A stretch of DNA of 64,000 nt from Entomortierella parvispora E1425 (GCA_020891255.1 BQFW01000004.1:806001-870000); one strand, 5' to 3'. Positions 12,793 through 26,702 are shown, numbered from the stretch's first letter. Numbers and translations are program-made. The notes: generated from the letters alone by a model not told the origin.

Positions 12793-14660
12793 ATGGCGCA
12801 AGAAGAAAAATCCTACACCCCACCGCCTCAAAACACCGATGGACGACTCGGATATCTCACCAATGACCAGGTCCATAAGCTCCAGAAATTCTGGATCAAA
12901 GTCTACGAGGTCTTTGATGGCAGGACCCCTTTTGACCAGTCCGCACCATCATCCTACAAGGGCCAACCGCAGGAAACAGAGGAAGACGGGATGAGTCCCG
13001 AGGGATCTTTCATCAGCAGCGCACGGAATGGAACTGACAAAAGTATAAATGGCTATGGGTCTGTCGCCATCTCTCCATCGTCTCCCAAAAGCCAAAGGTC
13101 TTTCTCGGGTTGGCCTAGCAATAGCAACAGTAGCGTCAGTGGCACCAGCAGCAACAAAAGTAACAGGCATAGCAAGGTGGCACCACGATTCACGGGGGCA
13201 CAGTTGCACAGGACATTCTGGAAGTTGACCATGATGGAGCATCCCGATATGATCATGTTGAAGGTACATATCGTTCATTGTTGTGGGGGCTAAATTGGAT
13301 GCCGGGGAGGAAGTACAATGATTGTGTGGGCACGCATGTCCATTGGATGTGTTTATTATGACCCCCTACGTATCTTTATTCACATACTTATCTTTATGAT
13401 TTTCGTTTCTCTTTGCTCCTAAATAGTTCCTTCGATCACGCAAGTGGGTCATTGAAGACGCAGTCAAAATGCTGGTGACGACCCTCAAATGGCGCATCGT
13501 TGAGAATGTAGACGAACTCATTGCGCTCTCGGATGTTGAACTGGATGCAAAGTATCCACGGTTTCTGGAACAGATGCGGTCCGGGAAGGCGTACTTGCGG
13601 GGAGCCGATCCGTTAGATCGGCCTATCTGTGTGGTCAATACCCGGATCCATCACAAGTCGGACCAACCAGCCAAAACCATCAGTCGATTCGCACTCCATG
13701 TACGTGTAGCAGAGAGATAAGGACAAATGAGAGAGATGTGTTGATTTCGTGGGGCAATTGGTGCATTGCCAATTTCAATTCTTGTTCGCAACATGCTTGC
13801 CGGGCTCTGATGAACCACGTTTATCGTTCCACTGCCTGAAATTAACAGCCTTCTTCCCCTTTTTTCATCATCATCATCCAAAAATCATAATCGTCGACTT
13901 ACGATAACGACAATGAACGAATGAACGAACGACTTGACGACAATAATGAATATCGAAAAAAAAAAAAAAAAAAACGCAGATGATGGAGTGCGGTCGTACA
14001 GTCCTTCCTCTCGGATCGGAGACTGTCATAGTGATTTTTGACCTCTCCAAGTTCGGGCTCGACAATATGGACTGGCGTTTTGTCCGTCTTTTTGTTCAAT
14101 GTTTTGAGAGTTATTACCCGGAGACTTTGGCAGTTTGTGTAGTACACCGGGCTCCGTTTGTGTTTTGGGGCCTTTGGAAATTGATACAGCCGCTTTTGGA
14201 TGTATCTGTGGCATCAAAATTTATCTTTACCAAGAACAATGCCGAGTTGCACAAGGTCGTTCCCCGAGAGGTCCTGCCAATTCATCCATACGATGGCTTG
14301 GACGACTGGAAATACGAGTACACGTCAATGCAACGAGGCGAGAATGATCAAATGGTGGACCTCGACAAGAAGGAGGACCTCTTGATGGAACGCGAGTCCT
14401 TGGAGACAAAGTTTGACATCGTAACGAGGTCTTGGATCAAAAACACAAAGCAGATTGGTCAGACTTCGGTGGACAGGGATGTGGTTGCCATGGAGTTGAG
14501 AGAACAATACTTTCGATTGAGCCCGTATGTTCGAGCGAGAAACATGTATCAACGGCAAGGCGTAGCAAACGATGGCCATGTGCAGTGGTCCTACAACCTC
14601 AAATCGTCACCACCAACAAGTCGACCAAGGACAGCACCCAGTGCGCAGCGAAAGCAATAG
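12793..14660 (+). CDS. CRAL-TRIO (Sec14-like) lipid-binding/transfer protein, multi-exon
   Basis: EHPDMIMLK|FLRSRKW; GKAYLRGADPLDRPICVVNTRIH; IFDLSKFGLDNMDWRFVRLFVQCFESYYPETL; APFVFWGLWKLIQPLLD. Confidence 0.9.
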
Positions 14661-15945
14661 GTTAAAAGTCGACGCGATATACCCATCCTCATTTTCACCA
14701 GTTAGCCATTGGAGTGTAAATCTGTGATGCTGGACCATTGCCAACCTCCACTCCCACGTAGACATTGCCAACCACTTTTCTCCCACCAAATTTTGTTGTC
14801 CAAGGAAATCGAAATAAACAAACATCATTTCCCCATCCAAAATAAAATTGTTTGCACGAATAGGGTTTTGAGTGTAGGCGTCGGACATGGGCGTTGCATC
14901 AGGATGGAAAGGACCAAGCGCGCGTCGAGTTCGCAGTCTTGACCACAGCGATCGAGGACCTGTGCACCAGTCGAGAATAACTAGGTTGCGTCATATCGTA
15001 GCTCCAGCCTGCTGCGCGACTAAGGCAGACGGCTTCGGATCCTTTTTTTGTCTTTTTGTATTACGCCCTCTTTCCCCTTTGCCCGCCTCCGTATTTGGGA
15101 TCGTCGTGCGAACTAGCTGCGGATTGTCTCTCGGAGAGGACTTTTTTTTTTTTTTTTTTTTTTGTTTGATATTGCTGCTCCAAGAACGCTCTACTTGCGA
15201 TCAAAAAAGGGAATTTCAGCAAGACGCCAAGGGTTGCTGCCTAACGAAAGAAACACCAGCCAAACAAGTGGTTCTGCTGAAGATGCTCACCCATGATCGC
15301 CAACCTGCTGCCCGAAGTTTTTTTAGGAGGCACAGGAGTGGAGGAAGGAGGGGATGAGACGGAAGAGTGGAGGGAACATTGGCTCTCGATTCCGAGGACT
15401 TGATGAGTCGTGTTTTCAGTGTGGCCTGTCGGGCAGGCTGGGGTGCCGCGCTGTGGAGGACGATGGAGGAGTGGTGGCATTTCAGGTCAGGACAAATGGA
15501 GCCCTAGGCTTTCGCGTTTCTCGGTTGATCCTCATAAGATTTACTTTGATTTTGGTTGGCCGTCTAGTGGAGCAAACATGTTTGCCCCCAGAAGAATCTA
15601 CTTTCGCATCCTCAGCCTCAGCCTCAGCCTCCACACATGAGAGAATGGAGAGGATAGGCCAATGCGTCTTTTGAGTTATTACCTGGCAAAACGTCAGGAT
15701 CAGTTGATGCGCAGAAATAAATCCATTCGGTCCAATGCAGTACAAGCGGTCCATCCGTTCATGCGTCGAAACAGGTTATTGGGCTGCACACGCGAATTTC
15801 CTAGCCCATCCTACTCCCTCCCCACGTCTGTCTCCTTGATCTGTTCGCAGGAGGGGATGATGGTGATGATGCTTTTTCTTCCTGTATGAATATCTTCTCT
15901 GTTCTTGCCGATCGATCACTACTTCGATGTCCTCAACTGTTTTCG

Positions 15946-15951
15946 TATAAA
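15946..15951 (+). promoter_or_regulatory. Candidate TATA box of P450 copy 1 (equivalents at 19553, 22962, 26442, 30126)
   Basis: TATAAA/TATATAAA occurs 200-290 nt upstream of all five P450 ATGs, followed by pyrimidine/CA-rich leader sequence. Confidence 0.5.
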
Positions 15952-16015
15952 GCAAGCCCCCCCTTCCTTCGCATTTGCTTCTTTATAGTTCTCCCCCCAA
16001 CTCTCACACTTCACC

Positions 16016-16017
<2 letters not shown>

Positions 16018-16083
<66 letters not shown>
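16018..16083 (+). repeat. (CAT)22 microsatellite in the P450 copy-1 leader
   Basis: Perfect cat repeat read directly. It is the source of the spurious poly-His ORF 15886-16086. Confidence 0.95.
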
Positions 16084-16229
16084 TGACAACAACATAGTCT
16101 ATCTATATAACAAACAGTTTGGTGTCATCACTCGTTTCCACAACAAACACCCTGCTTGCAACAAGACTTTCCTTGTCTTTCGAACCCTCACTTCCGCACT
16201 CTCTTTATTACAAGCGCACAACAAGAACC

Positions 16230-18224
16230 ATGCTGGTTTTCCTATCAAACCCCCCTGGCCTCGCCGCCTTTGATGCTTTAAAAATTGTAATCCCCATCGG
16301 TATTGGACTTGCATCGGCAGCCTACTTGACGATGAAGGTTGTGGCTGGTGACGGTTTTGGGTCTGACAAGGTAAAGGGGTTTGTGCGAGCAGCAGTGCTT
16401 CTTTGCATCAGAGTTTTGATTTCAGTTTTGAACGTCTTGGGGACTAAAGCCCATTGTTGTTGTTTTTCCGTCCCGTATATACCTCTACAGTCCATCCCCA
16501 TTGCCTCTCTTCGAGCGGGTGACTCGACCCACGACAAGGAATTCGATGAAGATCAAGATGCCTTCGTGGAAAGGTGTCAGACCGAGAACGGCGATGTCTT
16601 TGGTGTCTACCTGATGAACCAGAATCAGATTGTGGTCTCGGGTCCCTTGGTACGAGAGATATTCATGAGCGAAGATTTCAATGCTGGGGACTGGGTCGAT
16701 GAGATGACGAACATACGATCCTTCTTGAGGCCCATGACCAAGGCCCAGGTCGAGTTTGATAGTCGAACCATCCATGGGTTAGTTCGGGACAATATCACTC
16801 CTCATCTGCCTCAGTATACGGCCCGAATCGTGCTGCAGCTAGAGAAGAACTTGGACATTGAGATGGCGAAATACAGGACCACCACCAATAGAGAGGATGG
16901 GACCTTCCTGGTCGAAAAGCCGGTCACCGTCTTGCAAGAAATGGTCGCCAACGCCAGTACGTCTTCTATTTGTGGCCTTTGTTTTCATTTTCCAAAATGC
17001 TTTGTTTGGTTATTGTCCTTTTATTTTTTTGTCGCTGTGAGGCATTGACTGGTCCCCCCCCCCTTTCTTTCCTTCAACAGTGGCCACCGTGTTTGTAGGA
17101 GCCGAGGTTTCCAAGAGCCGTCTAGTGCTGGATACTTTTATCAATGCCACGGCCGATTTTGGAAAGATGCTCGGAAACGGTGCGGCACCAAATCGTTCGG
17201 TCTGGAAGAGCTTTGTTCGTCGGGCCGAATATAGTGTCTCAAGCCCACTTCAGAAACACATCCGAATCCTGGCGGAGGCTGCTACACCCGTCATCCTCGA
17301 GCGCCGTCGACTTGAAAAGGAGGCCGAAGCTGAGGGTCGAGTGTACGAACGCCCAGACGATATCATGCAGAAGATGCTCGACAGCTTTGACAAGCATCAC
17401 TTTGTGGACCTGGACGATGTCTGTGGTTATTTGCTGCTACTGATCCTGGGCAGTGTCCACACCACGACCGATACCTCGACCAACCTTCTGTTCTACCTTG
17501 CGGCCTACCCTCAATACATCGAGACGCTGTACGAAGAACAGAAGGAGGTCCTTGACCAGATTCAAAAGGAACGCGAAACGCTACGACAGGAGCTCTTGGC
17601 CAAGGGTGAGCCCATTGGCGATGACCTAGACCCCCGTGAAGACAGATTCCTGTCGGCCGCTGCGATCAAGAGAATGGTTCACATGGATTCCTTTGTCCGA
17701 GAGGTATTCCGCTACAGAACCGAATGCTTGACGTTGGCTCATAAGGCTCGAAAGGACGTTACTTTGTCGAATGGTATGGTCATCTCCAAGGGTGTCACTG
17801 CCATCATCAACATGAAGTCGGCCCATCAATCACCGAATCAAGGCGAAGATGTAACAGAGTTCCGTCCTTGGAGATTCGTGGGCAAGTCCAAAGCGGCCAC
17901 GAAGGCGGCTGCAGATTTCTTGACATTTGGCATGGGAAAGTAAGTTTCATGGGGTATCCAGACAATGCGTGATGAACTGTGGTTGCCTTGCAAGAAAATG
18001 ACCTCTTTCTCTCTCTTTTTTTTTTTTTTTTTTTTTTTTTTCAACATAGACATGCTTGTCCCGGACGCTTCCTTGCCATCCAAGAGCTCAAGACGATTGG
18101 TGTACTCATGATCTCTCGCTACTCCATGCTTGAAATCCAGGATCCTTCCAAAACCAAAGAGATTCTTCGCAGCCGCCTCGGAGCTCCCACCATCACTGGT
18201 CTTATTTTCACAGAGCGCAAATGA
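16230..18224 (+). CDS. Cytochrome P450 monooxygenase, copy 1 (4 exons: 16230-16370, 16491-16956, 17081-17939, 18050-18224)
   Basis: N-terminal anchor VIPIGIGLASAAYL; I-helix LILGSVHTT; ExxR (EVFR); PWRF; heme motif TFGMGK|HACPGRF split by intron 3. Spliced frame is intact. Confidence 0.92.
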
Positions 18225-19755
18225 AATGTGGAATATACTCTCTCAATAATGCGGACAAAGAAATGATGGCCATGTGCCGTGGTTATTCATAACAAACAAC
18301 ATGTCGACGTTCAATGCTCAGCGAAGACAGACTAAAAATCGACTCGATACAATCTCTTCCCTGCTTTCACCAGAATAAAGTGACCTTCCAAAATTGTTTG
18401 CGCGAATAGGCGCAACACAGGCGCAACATCAGCAGCAATCACAATAATAATAAAAAACGGACCAAGCGCGCGTCGAATTCGTGTCTTGACCACTGCACTC
18501 AGGGATCAGCACGCAGAGGCAGCCTATCCATAACTCGAAAGTAACTGGGCGCACCATGTTGCATCATATCGCAACATCCTTGTCTGCTGCTCGAAAATCG
18601 GTTTTGGGTCGGGTTCTTTCTTACGTTTTAATATGTTTCTTGAACCTTTACGACGGATTTCTTTTATCACGCCCATTTTCCCTTTCTCTCTCTCTTTCTC
18701 GCTGTCTTTGTGATTCAAGACTGGTGGATCGTTGTGTGGACAAAATGCGGGCTATTGGAGACGTCTTTTTCTGTTTGTTTGATCCTGCTACTCCGAGGGG
18801 GGGTTGCTGCCTAACGAAAGAAACCTCAGCCAAAATTGACTGCGCTGAGAATCTCCACCCATGATCGTCAACTGCTGGCCCGACGTTTTTTTTTAGGTGG
18901 CACAGGAGTGGAGGAAGGAGGGGATGAGATGGAAGAGTGGAGGTAATACTGGCTCTCGACTGCGAGGACTTTATGAATGTCTTTTCAGTGTGGCCTGTTG
19001 GGCGGGCTTGGTTGCCGCGCAGTGCAGGATGGAGGAGTGGAGGCAATTCTGGTCCAGAGAACAGGTCCTCGGCCTTCGCGTTTCTCCAATTGAGCCGGAT
19101 TGAGTCTCATAAGATCTACTCTGCTTTTGGTTGGCGCTGAAGCAACCTGCGATGCCACGACGTTTTTTGCCCCTTCCCTACTTTCACCCCCCACCCTCAA
19201 CCTAACCCTCGGCCCCCACACCTTGGAAAATGAAGAGGGTGGGGCCAGGGCATCTTTTGCTGGATTAAATTTTACTTTCCAAGCTATGCCATGTCATTAC
19301 AAGACGTGGAATCAGTTGACGCGCACAGGTAGGTCCATTCAGTCCTTCCGTTCCTGCGTCCCAACCAGTTATAGAAAAAGCCGAAGAGTGGCATTGGCTG
19401 CTGCACATGCGAATTTCCGAGTCCATTCTACTCCCTTTCCTTGATCTGTTCGCTGAGAGGGGATGAATGACGATGATGCCTTTTCGTCGTGCATGAATAT
19501 CTTCTCTGTTCTTGCCTATCGATCACTGCTTCCATGTCCTCAACTGTTTTCGTATAAAGCAAGCTCCTTCTTCCTTCACATTTGCTTGTTTATAGTTCTC
19601 CTCCCAACTCTCACACTTCACCTTCATCATCATCAACAAACAGTTTGGTGTCATTACTCGTTTCCACAACAAACACCCTGCTTGCAACAAAACTTTCCTT
19701 GTCTTTCGAACCCTCACTTCCGCACTCTCTTTATTACAAGCGCACAACAAGAACC

Positions 19756-21726
19756 ATGCTGGCCTTCCTATCAAACCCCCCTGGCCTCGCCGCCTTTGAT
19801 GCTTTAAAAATTGTAATCCCCATCGGTATTGGACTTGCATCGGCAGCCTACTTGACGATGAAGGTTGTGACTGGTGATGGTTTTGGGTCTGACAAGGTAA
19901 GGGGGTCAGTGCGAGCAGTAGCGCTTCTTTGCATCAGAGTTTTGATTTCAGTTTTGAACGTCTTGGGGACTAAAGCCCATTGTTGTTGTTTTTCCGTCCC
20001 GTATATACCTCTACAGTCCATCCCCATTGCCTCTCTTCGAGCGGGTGACTCGACCCACGACAAGGAATTCGATGAAGATCAAGATGCCTTCGTGGAAAGG
20101 TGTCAGGCCGAGAACGGCGACGTCTTTGGTGTCTACCTGATGAACCTGAACCAGATTGTGGTCTCGGGTGACTTGGTACAAGAGATTTTCATGAACGAAG
20201 ATTTCAATGCTGGGGACTCAGCCGATCAGCTGACAAACATGCGATCCTTCTTGAGGCCCATGACCAAGGCCCAGGTCGAGTTTGACAGTGGAACCATCCA
20301 TGGGTTAGTTCGGGACAATATCACTCCTCATCTGCCTCAGTATACGGCCCGAATCGTATTGCAGCTAGAGAGGAACTTGGACATTGAGATGGCGAAATAC
20401 AGGACCACCAACAAGAGAGAGGACGGGACCTTCCTGGTCGAAAAGCCCGCTACTGTCTTGCACCAAATGGTCGCCACCGCTAGTACGTTTCCTTCTATTT
20501 ATCGTCCTTTGTTTGCCATTTTCCTCTTTGGTTTTTTTTTATCCCTTGCTTTTTGTCGCTGCCCATTTTGTCAGTCATTGATTATTTTTCCCCATTTATT
20601 TTCCTTCAACAGTGGCCGCCGTGTTTGTAGGACCCGAGATCGTCATGTCATAGAGACTTTTATCCATGCCGCAGCCGATTTCGGAAAGGTACTCGGAAGC
20701 GGTGAGGCGCAAAGTTACTCGGTCTGGAAGAGCTTTGTTCATCGGGCCGAATATAGTGTCTCAAGCCCAGTTCAGAAACACATCCGAATCCTGGCGGAGG
20801 CTGCTACACTCGTCATCCTCGAGCGCCGTCGACTTGAAAAGGAGACCGAGGCCAAGGGTGAAGTGTACGAACGCCCAGACGATATCATGCAAAAGATGCT
20901 CGACAGCTTTGACAAGCATCATTTCGTGGACCTGGAGGATGTCTGCGGTTATTTGATGATCTTGATCCTGGCCAGTGTCCACACCACGACCGATACCTCG
21001 ACCAACCTAATGTTCTACCTTGCGGCCTACCCTCAGTACATCGAGACGTTGTACGAGGAACAGAAGGAGGTCCTGGACCAGATTCAAAAGGAACGTGAGG
21101 CACACCGGCAAGAGCTCTTGGCCAAGGGTCAACCCATTGGCGATGACCTAGACCCTAGTGAAGACAGATTCCTGTCGGCCGCCGCAATCAAGAGAATGGT
21201 TCACATGGATTCATTTGTCCGAGAAGTATTCCGCTACAGAACCGAATGCTTGGCCTTGGGCCATAGAGCTCGAAAGGACATTATTTTGTCGAATGGTATG
21301 GCCATCTCCAAGGGTGTCACTGCCATCATCAACATGAAGTCGGCCCATCAATCACCGAATTAAGGCGAAGATGTAACAGAGTTCCGTCCTTGGAGATTCG
21401 TCGGCAAGTCCAAAGCGGCCACGAAGGCGGCTGCAGATTTCCTGCCTTTTGGCATGGGAAAGTAAGTCTGGTGGATCATCCACATGGCGCAATGAGCTAT
21501 GACTGCTAAGCAAGAAGCTGACCTCTTTCTCTCTTTTTTCCTTGAACAAAGACATGCTTGTCCCGGACGCTTCCTTGCCATCCAAGAACTCAAGACGATT
21601 GGTGTACTCATGATCTCTCGCTACTCCATGCTTGAAATCGAGGATCCTTCCAAAACCAAACAGATTCTTCGCAGCCGCATCGGAACACCCACCATCTCCG
21701 GTCTTATTTTCACAGAGCGCAAATGA
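19756..21726 (+). pseudogene. Cytochrome P450 copy 2, inactivated (10-nt deletion + nonsense codon)
   Basis: tgccaaggac, present in copies 3-5, is missing between 20640 and 20641, so the spliced frame reaches TAG within a few codons. CAA>TAA at 21361-21363 lies upstream of the heme cysteine. Confidence 0.85.
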
Positions 21727-23201
21727 AACGTGGTATATACTCTCTCAATAAAGACAAAAAAATGATGCCATGTGCCGTGGTCATTCATAACATACAACAT
21801 ATCGACGTCCAGTGCGCAGCGAAGACAGACTAAAAGTCAACTCAACTTCCCTGCTTTCACCAGAATAACCAAAACAAATACCCATCCAAAACGAATAGGG
21901 TTTTGGGCGGCAGACAACGGGCGCAACATCAGCAGCAAACACAATAAAATGGACCAAGCGCCAGTTGAATTCGCGTCTTGGCCGCAGCAGTCAGGGATCT
22001 GCGCGCAGAGGCAGTCTATGCATGACTCGAGAGTAACTGGGCGCACTATGTTGCATCATCTCGCATCATCCTTGTCTGCTGCTCGAAAATCGGTTTTGGT
22101 CGAGTTCTTTCTTACTTTCTAATATGTTGCTTGCTCCTCTACGAGGGAATTCTTTTATCATGCCCTTTCTTCTCCTCTCTTTCTCGCTGTCTCCGTGATT
22201 CAGGACTGGCGGATCGTCGTGTGGACAAAATGCGGGCTGTCAGGGACGTCTTATTTTGTTTGTTTGATCCTGCTACTCTGAGAACGCGATACTCGTTGAA
22301 AAAGGGAATTTAAACAAGATGTCAGGGGGTTGCTGCCTAACAAAAGAAACATCAGCCAAATGTGACTCTGCTGAAAATCTCCAGCCATGATGTCAACTGC
22401 TGGCCCGACGTTTTTTTTAGGAGGCGCAGGAGTGGAGGAGGCGGAAGAGTGGAGGGAACGTTGGCTCACGATTCCGAGGACTTGATGAGCTATGTTTTCA
22501 GTGTGGCCTGTCGGGCGGGCTGGGGTGCCGTATAGTGCAGGATGGAGGAGTGGAGGCAGTTCAGGTCAAGAGAACGGGTCAGTGAGCCGGAATGAGTCTC
22601 AGCCAAAATGATTTTTTTGCCTCTTCATCCCCTACGCCCCAACCCTCGGCCCCCACACCTTGGAAAATGAACAGGGTGGGGTCAGGGCGTCTTTTCAGCT
22701 ATGCCATATCATGACAAGACTGCGGGATCAGTTGACGCGCAAAGGTCCATTCGTCCGTGCGTTCCAACCGGTTATTGATAAAGCCGAAGAGTCGCATGCA
22801 GCACATGCGAATTTCCGAGTCCATTCTACTCCCTCCCCACGTCTGTCTCCTTGATCTGTTCTCTGGGAGGGGATAATGGTGATGCTGCTTTTTCGTCGTG
22901 CATGAATATCTTCTCTGTTCTTGCCGATCGATCACTGCTTCCATGTCCTCAATTGTTTTCGTATAAATCAAGCTTCCCCTTTCTTCGCATTTGCTTGTTT
23001 ATAGTTCTCCTCCCAACTCTCACACTTCACCTTCATAATCATCATCATCATCATTAACAACAACATAGTCTATCTATATAACAAACAGTTTGTTGTCATC
23101 ACTCGTTTCCACAACAAACACCCAGCTTGCAACAAGACGTCCCGTGCCTTTCGAACCCACTCTCCCGCAGTTCTCTTTATTACAAACGCACAACAAGAAC
23201 C

Positions 23202-25162
23202 ATGCTGGGCCTCCTATCAAACTCCCCTGGCCTCGCCGCCTCTGATGCTTTAAAAGTTGTAATCCCCATCGGTATCGGACTTGCATCGGCCGCGTACTTG
23301 ACTATGAAGGTTGTGGCTGGTGGCGGGTTTGGGTCCGACAAGGTAAGGGGGTTTGTGCGAGCAGCAGTGCTTCGTTGCATCAGAGTTTTGATTTCAGTTT
23401 TGAACGTCTTGGGGACTAAAGCCCATTGTTGCTGTTTTCTCGTTCCGTATACACCTCTATAGTCCATCCCCATTGCCTCTCTTCGAGCGGGTGACTCAAC
23501 CCACGACAAGGAATTCTATGAAGACCAAGATGCCTTCGTCGAAAGGTGTCAGGCCGAGAACGGCAACGTCTTTGGTGTCTACCTGATGAACCTGAATCAG
23601 ATTGTGGTCTCGGGTCCCTTGGTACGAGAGATCTTCATGAACGAAGATTTCAATTTTGGAGACTCAGCCGATGAGCTGACAAGCATGCGATTCTTCTTGA
23701 GGCCCATGACCAAGGCCCAGGTCGAGTTCGATAGTCGAATCGTCCATGGGTTAGTACGGGATAATATCACTCCTCATCTTCCTCAGTATACAGCCCGAAT
23801 CGTGTTGCAGCTAGAGAAGAACTTGGACATTGAGATGGCGAAATACAGGACCACCAACAAGAGAGAGGATGGGACCTTCCTGGTCGAAAAGCCCGTCACC
23901 GTCTTGCAACAAATGGTCGCCAACGCCAGTACGTTTTCTTCTATTATCGCCCTTTGTTTGCCATTTTCCTATTTGGTTTTGTTTGTCCCTTACTTTTGTC
24001 GCTGCCATTTTTGTCGGTCATTAATTTGTTTCCCTGCCTTTCTTTTTCCTTCGACAGTGGCCACCGTGTTTGTAGGAGCCGAGATTGCCAAGGACCGTCA
24101 TGTACTAGAGACCTTTATCAATGCCGCAACCGATTTCGGAAAGGTACTCGGAAGCGGTGAGGCGCGAAGGTACTCGTTCTGGAAGAGCTTTGCTCGTCGG
24201 GCCGAATATAGTGTCTCAAGCCCACTTCGAAGACACATTCAAATCCTCGCGGAGGCTGCTACACCCGTCGTCCTCGAGCGCCGCCGACTTGAAAAGGAGG
24301 CCGAGGCCAAGGGTCAAGTGTACGAACGCCCAGACGATATCATGCAAAAGATGCTCGACAGCTTTGACAAGCATCATTTCGTGGACCTGGAGGATGTCTG
24401 TGGTTATTTGTTGTTTCTGATCCTGGCCAGTGTCCACACCACGACCGATACCTCCACCAACCTAATGTTCTACCTTGCAGCCTACCCTCAGTACATCGAG
24501 ACGTTGTATGAGGAGCAGAAGGAGGTCCTGGACCAGATTCAGAAAGAACGCGAAGCGCTACGACAGGAGCTCTTGGCCAAGGGTGAAGCCATCGGCGATG
24601 ACTTAGACCCCAATGAAGACAGATTCTTATCGGCGGCCGCGATCAAGAGAATGGTTCACATGGATTCATTTGTCCGAGAGGTATTCCGCTGCAGAGCCGA
24701 ATGCTTGACCTTGGGCCACAGAGCTCGAAAGGACGTTACTTTGTCGAATGGTATGGTCATCTCCAAGGGTGTTACGGCCATCATCAACATGAAGTCGGCC
24801 CATCAATCACCGAATCAAGGCGAAGATGTAACAGAGTTCCGTCCTTGGAGATTCGTCGGCAAGCCCAAAGCGGCCACGAAGGCGGCTGCAGATTTCCTGC
24901 CTTTTGGCATGGGAAAGTAAGTCTGGTGGATCATCCACATGGCGCAAAGAGCTACGCAAAAAACTGACTTTTTTTTTTTGAACATAGGCATGCTTGTCCT
25001 GGACGCTTCCTCGCCATCCAAGAGCTCAAGACGATTGGTGTACTTATGCTCTCTCGCTACTCCATGCTCGAAATCCAGGATCCTTCCAAAACCAAACAGA
25101 TTCTTCGCAGCCGCATCGGAACACCCACCATCTCCGGTCTTATTTTCACAGAGCGCAAATGA
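23202..25162 (+). CDS. Cytochrome P450 copy 3 (exons 23202-23342, 23463-23928, 24058-24916, 24988-25162)
   Basis: Same motifs (LILASVHTT, EVFR, PWRF, PFGMGK|HACPGRF). Spliced frame is intact. Confidence 0.92.
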
Positions 25163-26515
25163 AACGTGGTATATACTCTCTCAATAATGGCACAGTGCGT
25201 AGCGAAGACAGGCTACAAGTAAACCCGATACACTCCTTCCCCTACTTTCACCAATTCGCCTTTAGACTGTGGTTCTATGATTCTGGGCCGTCATTCCCAC
25301 ATGGCTTAATCTTTCTCCCACCAATGTTTGTTGTCCAAGGCTCACTCCAAAATAAACAAAACATACTGTCCATCCAAAATTGTATGCGCGAATAGGGTTT
25401 TGGGCGGCGCAACATCAGCAGCAAACACAATAAAAGTGGACCAAGCGCGCGTCGAATTCGCGTCTTGACCACAGAAGTCAGGGATCTGTTCGTGAAGGCA
25501 GTCTATATGACATTCGAGAGTAACTAAGCGCCGATGTTGCATCATCTCGCAACATCCTTGTCTGTTACGCGAAAACCGGTTTTGAGGTCGGTTTCTTCCT
25601 TGCATTTTAATTTGTTTTTCACCTCCACTAGGGAATTCCATTTTTCCTTCCCTCTCTCTGGCTTTCTCCGTGATTCGGGGCTGGCAGATCGTCGTGTGGA
25701 CAAACTGCTGTCGGAGACGTCCTTTTTCTGTTTGTTTGATCCTGCTACTCCGAGAACGCGATACTTGCGATGGAAAAGGGGAATTTCAACAAGACGTCAG
25801 GGGGTTGCTGCCTGAAGAAGGAAACATCAGCCGAAAAAAAGAAGCAACGCTGATGATGCCCACAGTCGTCAACGTGTCAAACCGGCGTTTTCTTGGGGGA
25901 TGCGGGAGTGGGAGAGGAGGGGGGAAAGGGATGAGAGGATGAGAGGAAGGCAGGTTCTGAAGACCCGATGTTGTCAGTGCAGGTTGTTGGTGCGGTGTAA
26001 TGAGGAGTGGAGGCAATTCAGGTCAGGAGAACGGGTCCTCGGCTTTCGCGTTTCTCCGGTTGGGCCGGATTGAGTCTCATAAGATCTACTTTGCTTTTGG
26101 TTGGCGCTGAAGCACCCAGTGATGCCAAGGGGTTTTTTGCCCCTTCATCCCCTACCCCCGACCCAACTCTCGGCCCCCACATCTTGGAAAATGAACAGGA
26201 TGAGGTCAGGGCGCCTTTCGCTTTTCCCATGCTATGCCATATCATGGCAAGACGGTGGGATCAGTTGACGCGCGCAAAGATCAATTCAGTCCATCCGTCC
26301 GTGCGTCCCAACCGGTTATTGGTAAACCCGAAGGCTGCCACATGCCGCTTTTTTTTCTTTTTTCTTTCGTCGTATACGAACCTGCTCTGCCTCCCAGCCC
26401 ATCAGCCATCGTCTTCATGACCACCACCATCATCCCCATTTTATATAAAGGTCCTCTTTGTTTTCTTCTCCCCTTCACTCACACCTTCTCACATCATCTT
26501 TATTAACAGCAACAG

Positions 26516-26516
26516 C

Positions 26517-26554
<38 letters not shown>
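26516..26554 (+). repeat. (CAA)13 microsatellite in the P450 copy-4 leader
   Basis: Read directly. The homologous position in copy 5 has only a short interrupted run. Confidence 0.9.
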
Positions 26555-26556
<2 letters not shown>

Positions 26557-26702
26557 CACCTCGAGCTATAACAAACAGATCGGTGTCACCCACTCTTTCC
26601 ACAACAAACATCTCGCTCGGCGTCGAAAACATCTGGTCTTCCCTTGTCTTGACACACTTTCCCATAGCTCTCTCCCTTTTACTCCCACACACAGCAGCAA
26701 CC

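Noticed and set aside
14887-15900. Short ORFs in the inter-P450 spacers as a hidden co-duplicated gene
   Set aside because: Frames, starts and stops are not conserved between copies, and there are many indels and homopolymer runs.
15943-15949. TCGTATA sterol-response element upstream of the P450s
   Set aside because: It overlaps the TATA box, is absent from copy 5, and Upc2/Ecm22 regulation is known from Saccharomycotina, so there is no support here.
15886-16086. Poly-histidine ORF
   Set aside because: Translation artefact of the (CAT)22 microsatellite in a P450 leader.
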